64,000 nt of DNA from Nageia nagi (taxonomy: Eukaryota > Plantae > Pinophyta): the NCBI GenBank assembly GCA_050084985.1, contig JBITNC010000001.1, positions 192,076,001 to 192,140,000 of the forward strand. Direction: 5' to 3'. The notes under the pieces are model-generated. The model was given only the letters and a program-made list of their open reading frames with translations, ran no database searches and was not told where the DNA came from. Shown here one piece after another: positions 26,550-40,429 of this stretch (position 1 is its first letter; the number at the start of each line of letters is the position of its first letter). The position numbers were made by a program, and so were the translations under genes.

Positions 26550-29500
26550 GAATGCTTTTGGTACTCTCTAAGTTGTAAATCCTCATGAGATCCCAATGCA
26601 AGTTGTTAAAGCTTTGCAAAATTGGGATGGTTATGGAAAGAATGCTTATGAACATTATTAGTTAAAAGTAGATATGGACAAGTAACATAACATATTATAT
26701 GAAGATGTGATGCTTATATTTCTTTCCATATCTTTATCTGATAAAGTTTTGGATTAGTATAGAACACTTTCTACCAATTCCATATCTACATGGGATCAAC
26801 TTGCAAAACCTCTCATTCTCAAATTTAATGAGGTTGTTGATCCATATTCATTATTATCTCAATTCAATTCTATTCAAATATATACTCAAAACAATGTATA
26901 TAACTTTCATCTTATATTTACCAAATCTTGAGCTAGAGTGCCTTTAGCTATGAGACCTCATCCTTCAATGGATTTAATATTCTACCTTAGAGAATTTACT
27001 CCAAACTTAGCCTAAAGGATTTAGATGATTGGATATTAATAAATTTTAGGTATTTATAAAGCTTCTTTATAAGGAAGCTTCTCTCATTTATGTGGGAAAG
27101 CTTCCTGCTAGAATGTTTGCACCTATCCCATATGCATCCTTATCTTCCATGTAACCTTCAATACAAAATTATCCTCCTTTATTTGTGATTCAAGTTCCTT
27201 AATTACCTTAATTTCAACTTCTAGCATTGCAACCTCAACTTGCTCTTCTTGCACTACAACATTAGCTTGCCTTACCTACTTTATTTCCTTAATTAGCACT
27301 TCTTGCACCTACCTCAAGTAGCAATGTATAGCAAGAAAATGTGAATCAAATCAATATTTTTTAATTGTAAGCTCTAGTAAGAATCTTATCAAATTAGATG
27401 ATACCTTAACATAGAGCTACTTAAAGGTAAGATTACTATGAGTAGAGGGATTATGGAGATCAACAAAGGAGGTATCCCTATCTTGCTAGAGATCAACCAT
27501 AATAAAGGGATCTACCTAGGATAGATAGAGTATATATGTCTCTTGAGGCATATATTCCTCCTAATAATGATTGGTTTAGAGCATGAAATTATCCACATAT
27601 ACAAAATTCATATCCAATCTTCCAACATCAAATAAGGTTGGCAATGAATGATGGAGTCAGCATTAACTACTTTATCAATGAAGGAGTATATGAGGAAAAC
27701 CTTATGATTTTGTTGGAATATATCAACAAATTTGTTGAAATAAGGTCTTTTATTAGACAATTTCAATCTTATAGGTAGATTTAATCTTACCTAGCTAATC
27801 CCATTCAAACACCATCTACCTTTTCTAAGTTACCATCAAAATGGCTTATTGGCTAACCTTTGGTTACTAATAAGATTTTATTGGAATAATACGTTCTAGG
27901 AAAAAAAAACCTCTCAAACTTCTACTTCCTTGAAAATTAAAGAAAGGGATAAAGTTGCCAAAAGGTGCAAACAACCATATCTCACAAGGGCCTAGAAAGA
28001 AGAATCAACTAGGTATTAGAATAAAAAGTATCCAAAAGAGAGTTCTTGTATTGTTACATATAACATTATTGATGAACTTAAAATAATACCATCAAGAGCA
28101 TCACTCTTTGATGTTTTACATATTTCTAGATATATTAACTTACCAAAGGTAGCATTGTTGATCCAAACTAAAGGAGATGATGGCTAAAATTGCAATCTGG
28201 ATGTAGTAGCAAAATTACTAGTATAAGAAAAATTAGATCTCCTCCTTTTTACATTACCCTTGAATTAGAATGATACATCATCCATAATTGTATGATAGAT
28301 TCAAGGGCTACCATGATAGTTATACCTAAGAAAGTATCTAATGTCATTGGATTTACCTACACTAAAGATTCCATTGGAGTACTCTATTTGGATGGTAAAA
28401 TATCAAAACCCTTGGTGTGATAAAAGTTGTTCCAATAAAACTTCATAGATATCTAGGAGCCTTATTCATTCAAGATATCATAGTTGTTGACCTTTCCCCT
28501 ATGTTTGCTTTTTTCTTGTTAAGAGAATTTACTTATAAAATAGGAGGGTACTTAGATATTGATTATTCTCATATGTTTATTCCATTTGAGAGAAGAATGT
28601 TTAATGTTTTAATGAGCCTAAAATAAGGTTTCTCACTAAAAAATTACCTTAGGTTAACATGATAAATTATCAAGCTATGTTGATAAATGTTATTGATGAG
28701 GAGTTAGACTCTATAGATTTAGTTTCTAAACTTATGATCAATCAAATTAAGAGAAAGGAGGGTATGGGGAATTGTGCAATTCTTGAATATATTACATATT
28801 TACTAACCCTTACCATTTAGGAACTAAGAGAATAGGAATTAAATAACATTCATTTTGATGGAAAAAAGTTTAAGAATGGAGATGGTGTAGGGGTTATTTT
28901 GAGATCCCCTTTTGTTGAAAATAAGAGTTATTCTTTCCATCTCACATGGAGTTGTGCAAATAATGCAATGTAGTATGAACCCCTATACTTGGAATTTGAA
29001 CAAGAAACAAGGTTGAAAATAAATTTTTTGAGTATATTTGGTAATTTAAAATTGGTTATTAATCAAGTGATTAATAAGTATTTTGCTAAACATCATTATT
29101 TGAAAAATACAAAAACTAATTCTAGAACTTATTATAGAGCTTTAATGCTCTAAATCTTACTACAATCTTAAGAGATTAGAATAGTGAAGTTGATGCCTTT
29201 GCTCAAAAATGATCAAGATTTGATTCTACACATCATTAGCTAAGAATAAAAGGTATTCAGTTGATTTTCAAACCTTCTATTCCTAGTTATGATTATTTCT
29301 AGCAAATTTTTTATGATGATAAGGATATAAATTCTTTCTTGGCTACATAAATGTTATGCTCAAATAGCCAAGAGTCATTGATTAAGGAATTCAAAGAAGA
29401 ATACATTATATAATTAAAAAATAATTCTTTGCCTAAAGGTATTATTTTATTTGAAAATAAATTTTCTAGATATGATCAATTAAGAAAAGGTAAGATTTTA

Positions 29501-32280
29501 GCTTCTCCTAAGAACTTTAAGGAGTTAGAAATAGATTCCAATAAGGTTCTTACAGTTGGCATTAAGAACTCATCTAAATATATTAAGGAGATAGCTGAAT
29601 TCATGAAGGAATTTACTAGTATCATGGCATGGAGCTGTGATGATTTGAAGGTGTATAAAAAGGATGTTATTCAGCACACCATAGATTTCGTAGAAGGGAA
29701 AAATCCTTTTTGATTTAAATAAAGACTAGTAAATCCTAAAATTGAAGTGGTTAAGCAATAAGAAATTCAAAAATTGTACTTCTAAGAAATGATCATATAT
29801 CCCAGCAAACATTCTACTTGGGTGGCTAATTTGATGTCATTCAAGAAGAAGAATGGATATATTAGGATTTGTGTATATTTTTTAAATATAAAAAGAGCCT
29901 CATTGAAAGATAATTATCCATTGTCTTCCATTGAATAAATTCTATCAAAATGTTTCTCTTTTCATGATAGCTTCTTTATGTATAACTATATTTATGTAAA
30001 GGATGAAGATTAGCACAAAATAACATTCACCACAAAGTTAGGAAAATTTGCTTTTCAACAGATGCCATTTGGAATTTCCAATATCGAATCCACTTTTCAA
30101 AGGGCTATGGACCAACATTTAGGTAATTGATCAATAAAAATATTTTAGTTTACTTAGATGATATCACTATTTTTTTGCAAAAGAAAAAGTATCGCTTACA
30201 ACATCTCTACAAAACTTTCCTAAAGTGTTAAGAATTCAAAATATCATTGAATTCAAAAAAATCCATTTTTGCTATGGATTAGAAAAAGTTGCTAGTTTGT
30301 GTAATTTGAAAAGATAGATTTTTAATTGATTTAGAGAGAGTGTAAGTTATCTCCAAACTCACCATTCCATCTAATATCAAAAAATTGCAAGCTTTTTTGG
30401 GTAAAATAAATTTTGTAAGAAGATTCATCCAATATTTTTACAAAATTATCCAACCAATAATAGAATTGTTAAAAGATAAAGTTCCTTTTATGTATACAAT
30501 AGAGAGAGAGTTATGCCTTTTGAATAGATAAAATTAGCCATTATGCCCACTCCAATTTTAAATAATCCAAACTTTACAAAAGAATTTATTTTGTATGCAT
30601 ATGAAGTAGAGAAAAGTATACCAACAATTTTAACTCAAAAAGAAAATAATCATAATGAACAACCTATAGCTTTTTTTAGCCAAAATTTACATAATGTAAA
30701 GGAAAGGTATGGATTCATTAAGAAATAGGTGTTTACATTAATGAAAGCTCTTAACAAGTTGAAGTACTAAATTTCTTGTAATAGAATTTTAGTGCTTACC
30801 ATTCATTTAGATGTTAAAGTTATATTTTACAAGGTGAAATGGATCAAGGAAGGGTTGGATTAATTACAAAGATTTTGAAATATGATATTGAAATCCATCC
30901 TACCAAGGTAGTTAAGGGGAGAGCTCTTTGTAATCAATTGGTTAAATATTAGATCTTCAATCACATCATCATTATTGAGGAGGAAACTCGAGATTAAAAA
31001 TTTTCAAAATTTTAAAAGAACCAAAAAAAATGCTAACACAATTATGTATATATTTTGACAATGGTAGATTACCATATAAACTCAATGCCTCTCAAAGGAG
31101 AAGTTTAAGATTGAATACACTCAATTATTGTATGATAAATCATGTTTTGTATAGAAAGAATCATGATCAAATTTTATTTAGGTGCATTTATCTTGAAAAT
31201 ATTACTAAAATTCTAAAGGAATTCCATTTTAGTTTTTTTGGAGGATATTATTCAAGATATACCACTACAACAAAAATTACATGTAGGCTTTCATTGGCCA
31301 TCATTGTATATTGACTTATTTCAAATTGCTAAAGAATGTGAAAAATATCATAGATTTCTAGGAAGGAGAATAATGGTAACCATGCTATTACAACCCATGA
31401 ATGTAGAAGAACCATTCCAACAATGGGGCCTTGATTTCATTGGCATGATCAATTCAAGGTCATCATTAAGTAATATATTCATCTAAATAGCTACATATTA
31501 TTTTACAATATATATATAAGCTTCTAGTACAAAATACTAAGATCAAGATACAATTATCTCTTTCATGGAGATAATCATTACAAGATTTGGTATTCCACAA
31601 ACTATTATATCGAATAATAGTTCAACATTTTTAGGATCTAGAGTCTCAAAATTTGCTCTCAAATATGGTATTTACTAGAAAAATTCTTCCAAGTATTACC
31701 CTTAAGGAAATGGATTATCTGAATCAACAAATAAAAATCTATTAAGAATCCTAAAGAAGATGATACATGAAAATAAAAAAGACTAGAACAAAAAGTTTGA
31801 CCTTGCATTATGGGAAGATTGGATCACTTACAAGTCTTCCATAAAAACTTCTCCTTATATTCTAGTTTATAGGAAAAGAACTATATTACCAACTCACATT
31901 GATTTTTCCTTCCTTACAACTACTAAATCAATATGAGATGAATGATTCATACCCATTACAAGTAAATATGTTTGGTTTGATGTACCTAAATGAGATTTGA
32001 GAGAATTATTACAGACAAATCTAAAAAATAAATAATACGGTTAATATATGGTTAGAAAAAAGTATGCATCTAATGTTTATTTCAAACTTGGTGACTTGGT
32101 TTGAAAATGGAACGAAGATAGAGCCAAGGTTGGAAGCCATTGAAAGTTTGATTCTTTATGGTCTAGACCATACATCATTACAAAAGAAATATGGAATAAT
32201 AAATTCAAGTTGGAGGGAATAGATGGTTTATTCCTTTCAATCATGATCAATGGTCATCATTTATAATTATACACCATCAT
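26550..32280 (+). pseudogene. Tat gag-pol pseudogene
   Basis: Domain remnants as listed for the element; ORF-track fragments 28417, 29429, 30543, 31030 and 31238 belong to it. Confidence 0.9.
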
Positions 32281-32549
32281 CTAATCACATATGTATTATA
32301 TGTATATATTTAATTTCATTTCCTGCATGCAATTTTTGAGGATCATCTTTTTGCATTAAATAAGGTAGTTGTGTATTTTATTTTCTCTATCCAATTTCAA
32401 ATTTGTTGCCTAAGAATTTTTTTCCTCTATGATTTTTTGAACCATTTGGAACCCTAGGGTTTGTGTCTTCTCATATTTCTATTCCACCTATTTCTAGCTT
32501 TTGTTAGATAATTTTGCAAAAATGTGTAAGTTCATAATTACTCAAGTTA

Positions 32550-35500
32550 CTATAAATGATAGGAATGAGAATGTTTAAGATATCGATCTATTACATAATC
32601 ATGTTTATTTGAAAACCAAACCCTTCAAATTTGATAATGTTGAAGATATTAAATTATGGGATTTAATTTACAAAACTATATTTATCCTTCTATTCTTATT
32701 TGAAATATGTCATCCTTATCTTCAATTTGTAGATACCCTAGCCAAGAAAATATTTCATGAATCTCAGAATGTATAAAATAGCTAGAGAAATGATACTCTT
32801 GAATTAAGTTGTGGATTCATATACAAAACCTTTCATTAGCTAGATAATTCACTAAATTGGCCCAATGTTAAGGTAGTTACCAAAGATACAAATAAATACC
32901 CATTAGATTGGCTGAATTTTTATTTATTGAAAGCTATCACAAAGGAGAAGAGCATATAAATAAAATTTAGGGTTTAAACCTTACATGACCCATGTTCTTA
33001 TCATTATCATGGTACTTTATAGTGAGAAAGATATTCAAATTATCCAATCAAAACATGTCATAATGGTATACCATACAATAAATAACTATGGCAAATTTCA
33101 TCAAGATTGGTTTGAGATGATAGATTGAATATTAGAGTAGCAAACAAGGATAGACTTACCCAATTCCATTATTCCTTTCTCTTGTGTTGGATTTTACTAC
33201 ATAAACATCTAGAGGTCTTTCATAATTTACATCTCAATCAAAATAATGAAGATGGTACCCCAAGAAGAGTCGATCAATGGACCCAAGTGTTATGTATCGA
33301 TAGATCCTATTATGATTTTGTAAGATATTTCCTCTTTCTAGCCTTGAATTTTATTTTTGTCACAGTATTTCCTAGGCTATCTAAGTTGGTTCCATCAAAT
33401 TTAAAGATGTATTAGTTCAAAAAGGAAATTATTATTTTGTTGATAATTATATAGTCATCTTGTTGAGTGGTTTTTATGATAAGGCTATGAAATTACCTTT
33501 TTATGTTTCAAACTAGTTGTTTGCCATGGAGGTGACTAGATAAGAAGATTATGTAGAAACAATATGGGGAGTCCCTAAGGGGAAGAAGAGTTTGTATACA
33601 TACCCTCTTAGTTTTGACTCTATTCAATCCCACCACATGAATTTTTGGAGTTATTTGACTTCAAAAATAAAAAATTTACACTTACCAAAAATTGTTATTT
33701 TTTGGCCCTATGATCCACTAGGAGTATTCACTGTACAACTTAAATTTTTTAACTTAAAAGCTTCAAATTTTGTAAGGGTATCCATGGATAAGTTTGAAAA
33801 TCACTAGAATAATCCCAAGATAGGATTTTTTTTTCTTAAATCTTTATTGGAGATATCATTCATGGCCTTATGGAGGTAAAAATATGCCATCAGAATTGAT
33901 TTTACAACTACCATTGATAAGGAGAGGAGTTTGCTAAAGCCATTCCAAAAGAGCCTAGATAATTATGATTTATCTAAGCATAAAAGGAAATGCTTTATAT
34001 AATACAAAGTTGAAAGCAAATAAAATTCTCTACCATGGATGTGTGATCAAGATAAAAATTTCTCTGAAGCTTATGAAAAGCAATATGCCTCTAAGAGGAG
34101 AAAGGATCTAAAGAATAAAAGCATTGAAATAGTAGTAAACTTTTTGGAGGTTGAAGAGGGAAAGAATAAGTTAACTCTATAAGAAGAGGCATTAATGAAA
34201 TAATATTAAAATCATGGAGGAGTACCCAAAGTAATGAAATATACCATTTAGACAAGGATTGAAGAAAGGAAATAGTAGTAAACTTTTTCAAAAGTTAAAA
34301 AGCGCAAGAATAAGTTAACTCCAGAGGAAGATGCATTATTAAAAAAATAGTAGAAGAATGGAGGAGGACCTAAATTAATGGAATCTACCATTCAAGAAAG
34401 GATTGAAGAAAGGACTATGTTTGATAAAGACATTGAATATATGAAGTAAATATAGAGAAAATTGATGGAAGATGAGAAGAAACAAAGAAACAAGTAGGAC
34501 AAAAAAGATGTTGCATTGGCTAAAAAACTATAAAAAGAGGATGCACCTAGGAAGAAGATTATAAGGAAAAGATTTAAATGCCTTGAGAAAATATATAAGA
34601 GATTGAATAAGAGTCAAAAATAAATAAATTCAAAACTTGTGACAATGATCTTTGAAAGATCCACTACTAAGAGTGATAAACCTACAAAATATGTTATTAG
34701 GGTTGATAAATTGGAAGTTAATGAAGGTGAGGATACAGACACTGCTCAGCTTTTCATTATAAAGAAGAGAAGAATAAGTCATAGGAAGAAATCTTCAGAC
34801 AAGGATACATCAAAAGGTGAAATACCTATACAAAAGAAGAGGAAAACTCCTTTGATGATTCAAGAAAAAGAATAGACTTCAAAAATAATTCAAGATATCC
34901 CTTCTTCAAATGATATAGTGTTGAGTAGCTACTAGGAAAAAAAGGGTGAGTGTTGAATCTAATAACAATAAATATATTATAATAGTCATTCCTCCTATTT
35001 TAGTACATATATTAGACAATTCCCAATAGTTGACAAATTTTAGTAAAATAGAAAAATATAATCAAGAATGGTTTGAGAAGATGAAAAAGAAAGAATAGAA
35101 AATTCTTAGTCCAATTCAACTAGACATAGTTGTTGACATTAGAAAGCAAGTCCTCAAAATTTTAGCCAAATAAATTGATCAATCTTTAGGATAAGCTTTT
35201 GATGTTCAAGGAATTTCTCTATAACTTAGATCAAATAAAATTAATTGTATGGATAAGAGGAAAATTATGAAAATTGACATGATCCTAATGGATATGGATG
35301 TGGTTCTCTTGGAATGAAAAGTAGATAAGTTGGAGAGGCAACAAACTGTAGCAAAGGAGAAGGAAAATTTTTATCTAAAATAGATTTCTTATTGAATAAT
35401 TAGATTTAAGACCTACAAGAGGTTGCAAATTCATCAAGATTAATAAAATTTGTGGAAGAGGTAAAAGCAAAGGGAATTGAACTCAATATGAAAAATAATC

Positions 35501-36450
35501 AAATAGAGGTCTTGGAGCTTGAAATTGATTCATTAAAGGCTTCTTTGAAAAGCAAGAAGATTGAATGTAAAACATTAGAAAATAAAAAAGGAAGCTTCAA
35601 GATGACTTGAAGATTTTGCAAAATACTTGCATAAAGAAAGATGTACATTTGAAGACTGTAGCAAAACATTTTGCCAAGGTAAAGTTAGAATTTGAAGAAA
35701 AGTTAAAAATTTAGGGATAGAATCTTTCCCAATAGACATAGGAACCAATGCTAACATGATTATCAATTGAATCACTCAAGAGCATTAATTTGAGTTATTA
35801 GGGTAAAGTAGTTCCAATTTAAGATTTGTTACATTCTTTTAGAGAGTATGTAACACATTGTGATAAGTGATTGGATAAATAGAAAGTTGTTTTGATAACA
35901 AGGGTAGAGTTGTTAAAATGAATAAAAAAAATTAAAAGATTATCAAGGTGATGAATTATAAAGAGGCTACAAATATAGGTACTAATTATTCTCATGATCA
36001 TATTTTGGTTATCATATAAAAGGTGGATCACTTGTATGAATTGATGTTATGCATATAAAAATATATGAATTCATTAACATTGGAGATAAATAAATTGAAT
36101 AATACCTTGAAATTTTTTGAGAGAAATAAGATGCCTCCCCTATACAAGGAAGATAATAATATTTATACACTTCATAATATGAAGGTATACAATGATTAAG
36201 CATAAAAAGTAGATAACACTTTTGTAGATTAGATGCAAGAAAATTTTGAAGATAAGTTCTTGAAGTTCATCCTAGAGATGACTAAGATAGAGAATTAGGA
36301 AGCAGAACTAGCCAAGATGAAGCCAAACATCAACTTAAAAGTAATCAATCAATTTATTTTAATGGCTTAGCTCCTTCAATATATGGAATATCTTATAGAT
36401 GTAGAGTGATCGAAGGCCCTCATAATTTTACCTAAGGATGGAGTATCTTG
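32550..36450 (+). pseudogene. Decayed 3' accessory ORF(s) of the Tat element (globular N-terminal part, Lys/Glu-rich coiled-coil-like C-terminal part)
   Basis: Coding-like ORF fragments 33125-33415, 33592-33807 and 34639-34875, then a long purine-rich GAA/AAG-biased region between INT and the 3' LTR. Confidence 0.6.
34126..34412 (+). repeat. Two tandem ~143-bp copies inside the accessory ORF
   Basis: gaaatagtagtaaactttt...aagaataagttaactc...atggaggag...aaggattgaagaaagga, starting at 34126 and 34269. Confidence 0.85.
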
Positions 36451-36540
36451 AGGTATATTTTTAAACAAGTTGATAGAGTTTTGTACAAATTTTTACAATT
36501 TTATCTAAGTTCAAGATTTGGTGGCACAAATCCCTCAACT

Positions 36541-37981
36541 AGTCATCAAAATATATACTCATGTATATTTTTAGAGAAATAAGAATATTTTCATATGGGT
36601 ATTACCTTTTTAATCCTTTACTTTTTGTGATAATGTTTATACTTAGTCAATTTAAGATATTTCTCATAGTGTTTAATTTTGGTAGAGATCTGGTAGTATT
36701 GGAGTAAGCAAAAATTTCTAGAATAGCGAGAAAATATGATATGTGTTGGTATTTAGTCATTTTTTAGCATTTCTTATAGTGTTTAATTTTGGTGGAGACT
36801 TGGAAGTATTAAGGTGAATAAATTTTTTTAGAATGGTGAAAAAAACAAATAATATTATACTTAGCCATTTTCTAATGTTTTATAGATCATTTGATTTTAG
36901 CGGAGATTCGATAGAGCAGAGTATGCCAAATTTTGCTAGAATGGCAAGAAAATCAAATAACTCATTTTCTTTAGTTCTAAACCTACTAGAGATGGTGGCA
37001 TCACCTATCATAAGAATCATAGTTAGATCAACCACCTAATGTATTCCAATTTTGAGATTCAAGTTTTGACCATCCAGATCAAAGCATATCCAGATACTTT
37101 CATTGGAATAATGTAGTTTCCATATGTATTTAATTTTCATGGGTTTGGTTGAATTCAAATACCTTTATATATTTTCATAACCCCAAAAATATTTTTTCAT
37201 TCCAAGAAGATGATTTCAACTTCCAAATTTAGGTCTTTAAGTTTTGGACAAGCTAAAGGTGTTAACACATGTGGAAGAGTGATCTAGATCTTTGTATATT
37301 TGAATTTGAATTGTAAATCTATAAAAGAATCAAATATGATACTTTGTAAATATCTATTTAGTTAGTTATAGATATTTTAATCTGTTATAGTTTGTTAGAG
37401 ATTAGTTAGAAGATATTTTCTAGAGAAAAACTATAAGTATTACCTCTATTGAAGGAGAAGGGGTCAAGTGTAGTAGATTTTGCCCTTGTTTTATACTAGC
37501 ATCTATGATAATTATATGTAATTTTTTTCTTGATCTCTTAACTATGATTAATTTGTCATTATTCTTAAATGGTTGTGTGATATGTTTATTTGCACTTCAT
37601 GAACTATGAGAGATTATTAGTAGTTAATCTATATTTGTAAAGCACTTATAGAGTATTGGTACTGGGAATGTCGTATATTATTTGGTGGCTATAAAATCAA
37701 ACTATTTGACCAACTTAGATTCTACTATAATCGATGTTTATGTTGTTTTGGATTTTTTTTTTGCTTATTTACACCTACTAACCTAGCATTTTAAATTTTC
37801 TTTAGTCTTGCAAGTTTGTTTTCTACACCTTTACTTTTATAAAACTCAGTTTGATCTCGACATGAACTAGCCTTCTTTGGAGATAGATTTCTAATATTAA
37901 AAACCATTCATTAAAATTATAGTTGTGAATTTGATATGTGGATGCATGAGAAAATTACCACATCTTAATCAATAGACTATA
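36541..37981 (+). repeat. 3' LTR of the Tat element (extreme 5' end and PPT not recognisable)
   Basis: Direct repeat of 24720-26158 with many transitions. Confidence 0.85.
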
Positions 37982-40429
37982 GAAAAAATACATATAATAA
38001 GAGTAAGGAAGCACCTAGTGTAAGTCTTATGTGTAAGAGTAAAGTAAACAAAAAAGAGAGTCAAAATATAACATTTTTGAATGAGGTAAGAAGCCTACAT
38101 ATCTCAATCAAGAGACTCCATCAATATTTTAGTTCAATAAAAATCTTTTAATGTCAATGAGAGGAATTAACTCTAGAACATTTACAATAAACTCATGATG
38201 GGTAATCCTCCTTGAATCTTTAATGTTCATATGATGCTTCTGATTCATGTCTTCTTATGGTTGAAAATAGGGTGTGATAAGTATGAGAATCAATGTGCTT
38301 TGGGATCTCTTGATGAACACTTTCTATATGAAGAGGGTGGTTTCTCTAATATAAAGTGCAACACATTTTTTTTCTTCATAGTTCATGCATGATTTTAGTA
38401 TTTGGGAACCTCTAAATAAGCAATGGAACCAACCTTAAATTTTATAGTAGATGTAACCAATGAATATGAAATACTCTTTAGTATTTGGTTTCATGTTGCA
38501 TAATTTACATATGCCTTAGTTTTTATGGATATGGTAGTTTGAATTAATATGGATTTGGTGTGAGCAAACCTTTATCTAGCCAAGGTAAAACAAATACCAT
38601 GAGATGTATGTATCTTGATATAATCAATGAAGTTAATAGCACCACGAGTAGACTTGCAGTATGGATTTGACCTATAAAAATTAAGCTAGAGAACTAAATT
38701 GAAGCCATGCATAATAAAATTCTAATCAAATTGATTTTATACTATATACATAATTAAGAAGGCTAAGAAGAAGCATATCAAACTACTAGTAATCATTAAT
38801 TAAAAAAGCATTAACAAGCAACATCAATTCTCCAAGATGAACACACAATAGTGATAAACTATGTGTTTATTTTGTAAGGTTAATACTAAAAATAATATCC
38901 AATCAAATAGATTTTGGATGATACTGGAGATTAATAATAAAAAAAATAGATAATATATTGAAGGATTAATAGTAAAATCTCATGAATTAAGGGTTCGATA
39001 AGGTAGGGAAAAACCAAGTCTCTAATAGAAATGTTTGCCCTAGGAAGGACTACAATACTCTAAATTCATTGAATCCAAACATGGTGTGGAAAACATATCT
39101 AAAGCACATATAAATACATCAAAATAATAATTACAAAAGGAGATAATAATACACTTCACCTAACGTGACTATTGGACTCTATTATAATACTTAATTTAAT
39201 ACATTCCTATATTCTATAAGATGATAAAAGGATATAATAATATTAATTTGAATATAATATTATAACTATCAATATTATATACCTCATCCAATTTCAAGCT
39301 ATAAAGCTAGCCTTAACCTATTCCAATCAAATAATCACTTTTCAAAAGTTACTCTAGTTGTTTGATTTAATCCCCAAGCATCCCAAGCCCTCTATATCTT
39401 TCATAAAGATTATTTCATTCATATTTTAGGCTCATCTTTCCTTTCAATTTAATTTTTGGTTTCTAATAAACAAGGAGGAACTTAAGCATCATCAAGGTTG
39501 ATCCTAATCCCTATTAAATCCAAGACAAGCATCAATCCTCCTAAAACCTTTAAGTTTTCAAGTACATATTAGAAGGAACTTGGAAATTCAATTCAAAATA
39601 TTAGAGCTCATCAATCAAGTGCACAAGCATTTATTTTATTATTTCAATTTGATATACATGCTATATATAGGATTTTGATACCTAGTTGTTAAATCTTATA
39701 TGCTCTAATTGGTTATGAATTATCATATTCCACTCCTTAGGAAAATATCATTTTGGTCATATTTCTATTTACAAATCATAAATAAATATTGTATTTATTA
39801 CTAAAATAAATCATTTTATTTATATATAAAGGTTTTTGCAAAACTAAAAATTATGAAAGTTAGCTCACTATCTCAAGATTCTGACATGAAGGTTTGTTCA
39901 ACTTGTTTTGATTCAAAATCCTTTATTTTGAAATGATATGTTCTTCAAATTTATATATGATTTTGATAATATTTTTCTCATGTACTTATCCTTGCTTGTG
40001 AAAACCTTGGAGATCTGAAATAGAGAAAAATTATCCAAACAAACCTTTAGATCAAATCAAAACATTTCATTATCATTGAGTTGCATTTAACAAAAGAAAA
40101 TAAATCTTAAAATAATGAATAATTTAAATTTATTTTGTTAATATTCACTTTAATTAATTAATTATTTTTAAATACTTATATAAACAATTTTTATTTTTTC
40201 GAAAATCAAATTTCATTAAAATGTTTATATTGAATGATAGATCACTTAAAAAATAAAATATATTTAGAATATTTCAATAATAAAAATAGAAATCAAAAGT
40301 AATTAAATACTTTATACATGAACTAAATATAATTGTATATCATAAATTTTTGTATTATGCTATAAATCTATCAATAAATATTTATTATAAATTTTTAATA
40401 TGAAGATGTTTTTATCATCAAAAGTTGTA

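Larger units (their letters stand above)
24701..37981 (+). mobile_element. Ty3/gypsy Tat-clade element with domain order gag-PR-aRH-RT-RH-INT plus 3' accessory ORFs (TatI/TatII-like), decayed
   Basis: ~1.45 kb direct repeats at both ends and a PBS at 26168. Gag lies at ~26550-27100; PR CMIDSRA at ~28289; archaeal-type RNase H (IHFDG...GVGVILRSP...CANNA.*YEPL...IFGNLKLVINQV) at ~28845-29220; RT VYLDDI at ~30148; RH in ORF 30543-30728; INT in ORFs 31030-31486 (PFQQWGLDFIG) through ~32280. Confidence 0.92.

Noticed and set aside
37990-40420. LTR-like fragments and AT-rich sequence
   Set aside because: Probably old TE debris, but no boundaries or motifs could be supported.
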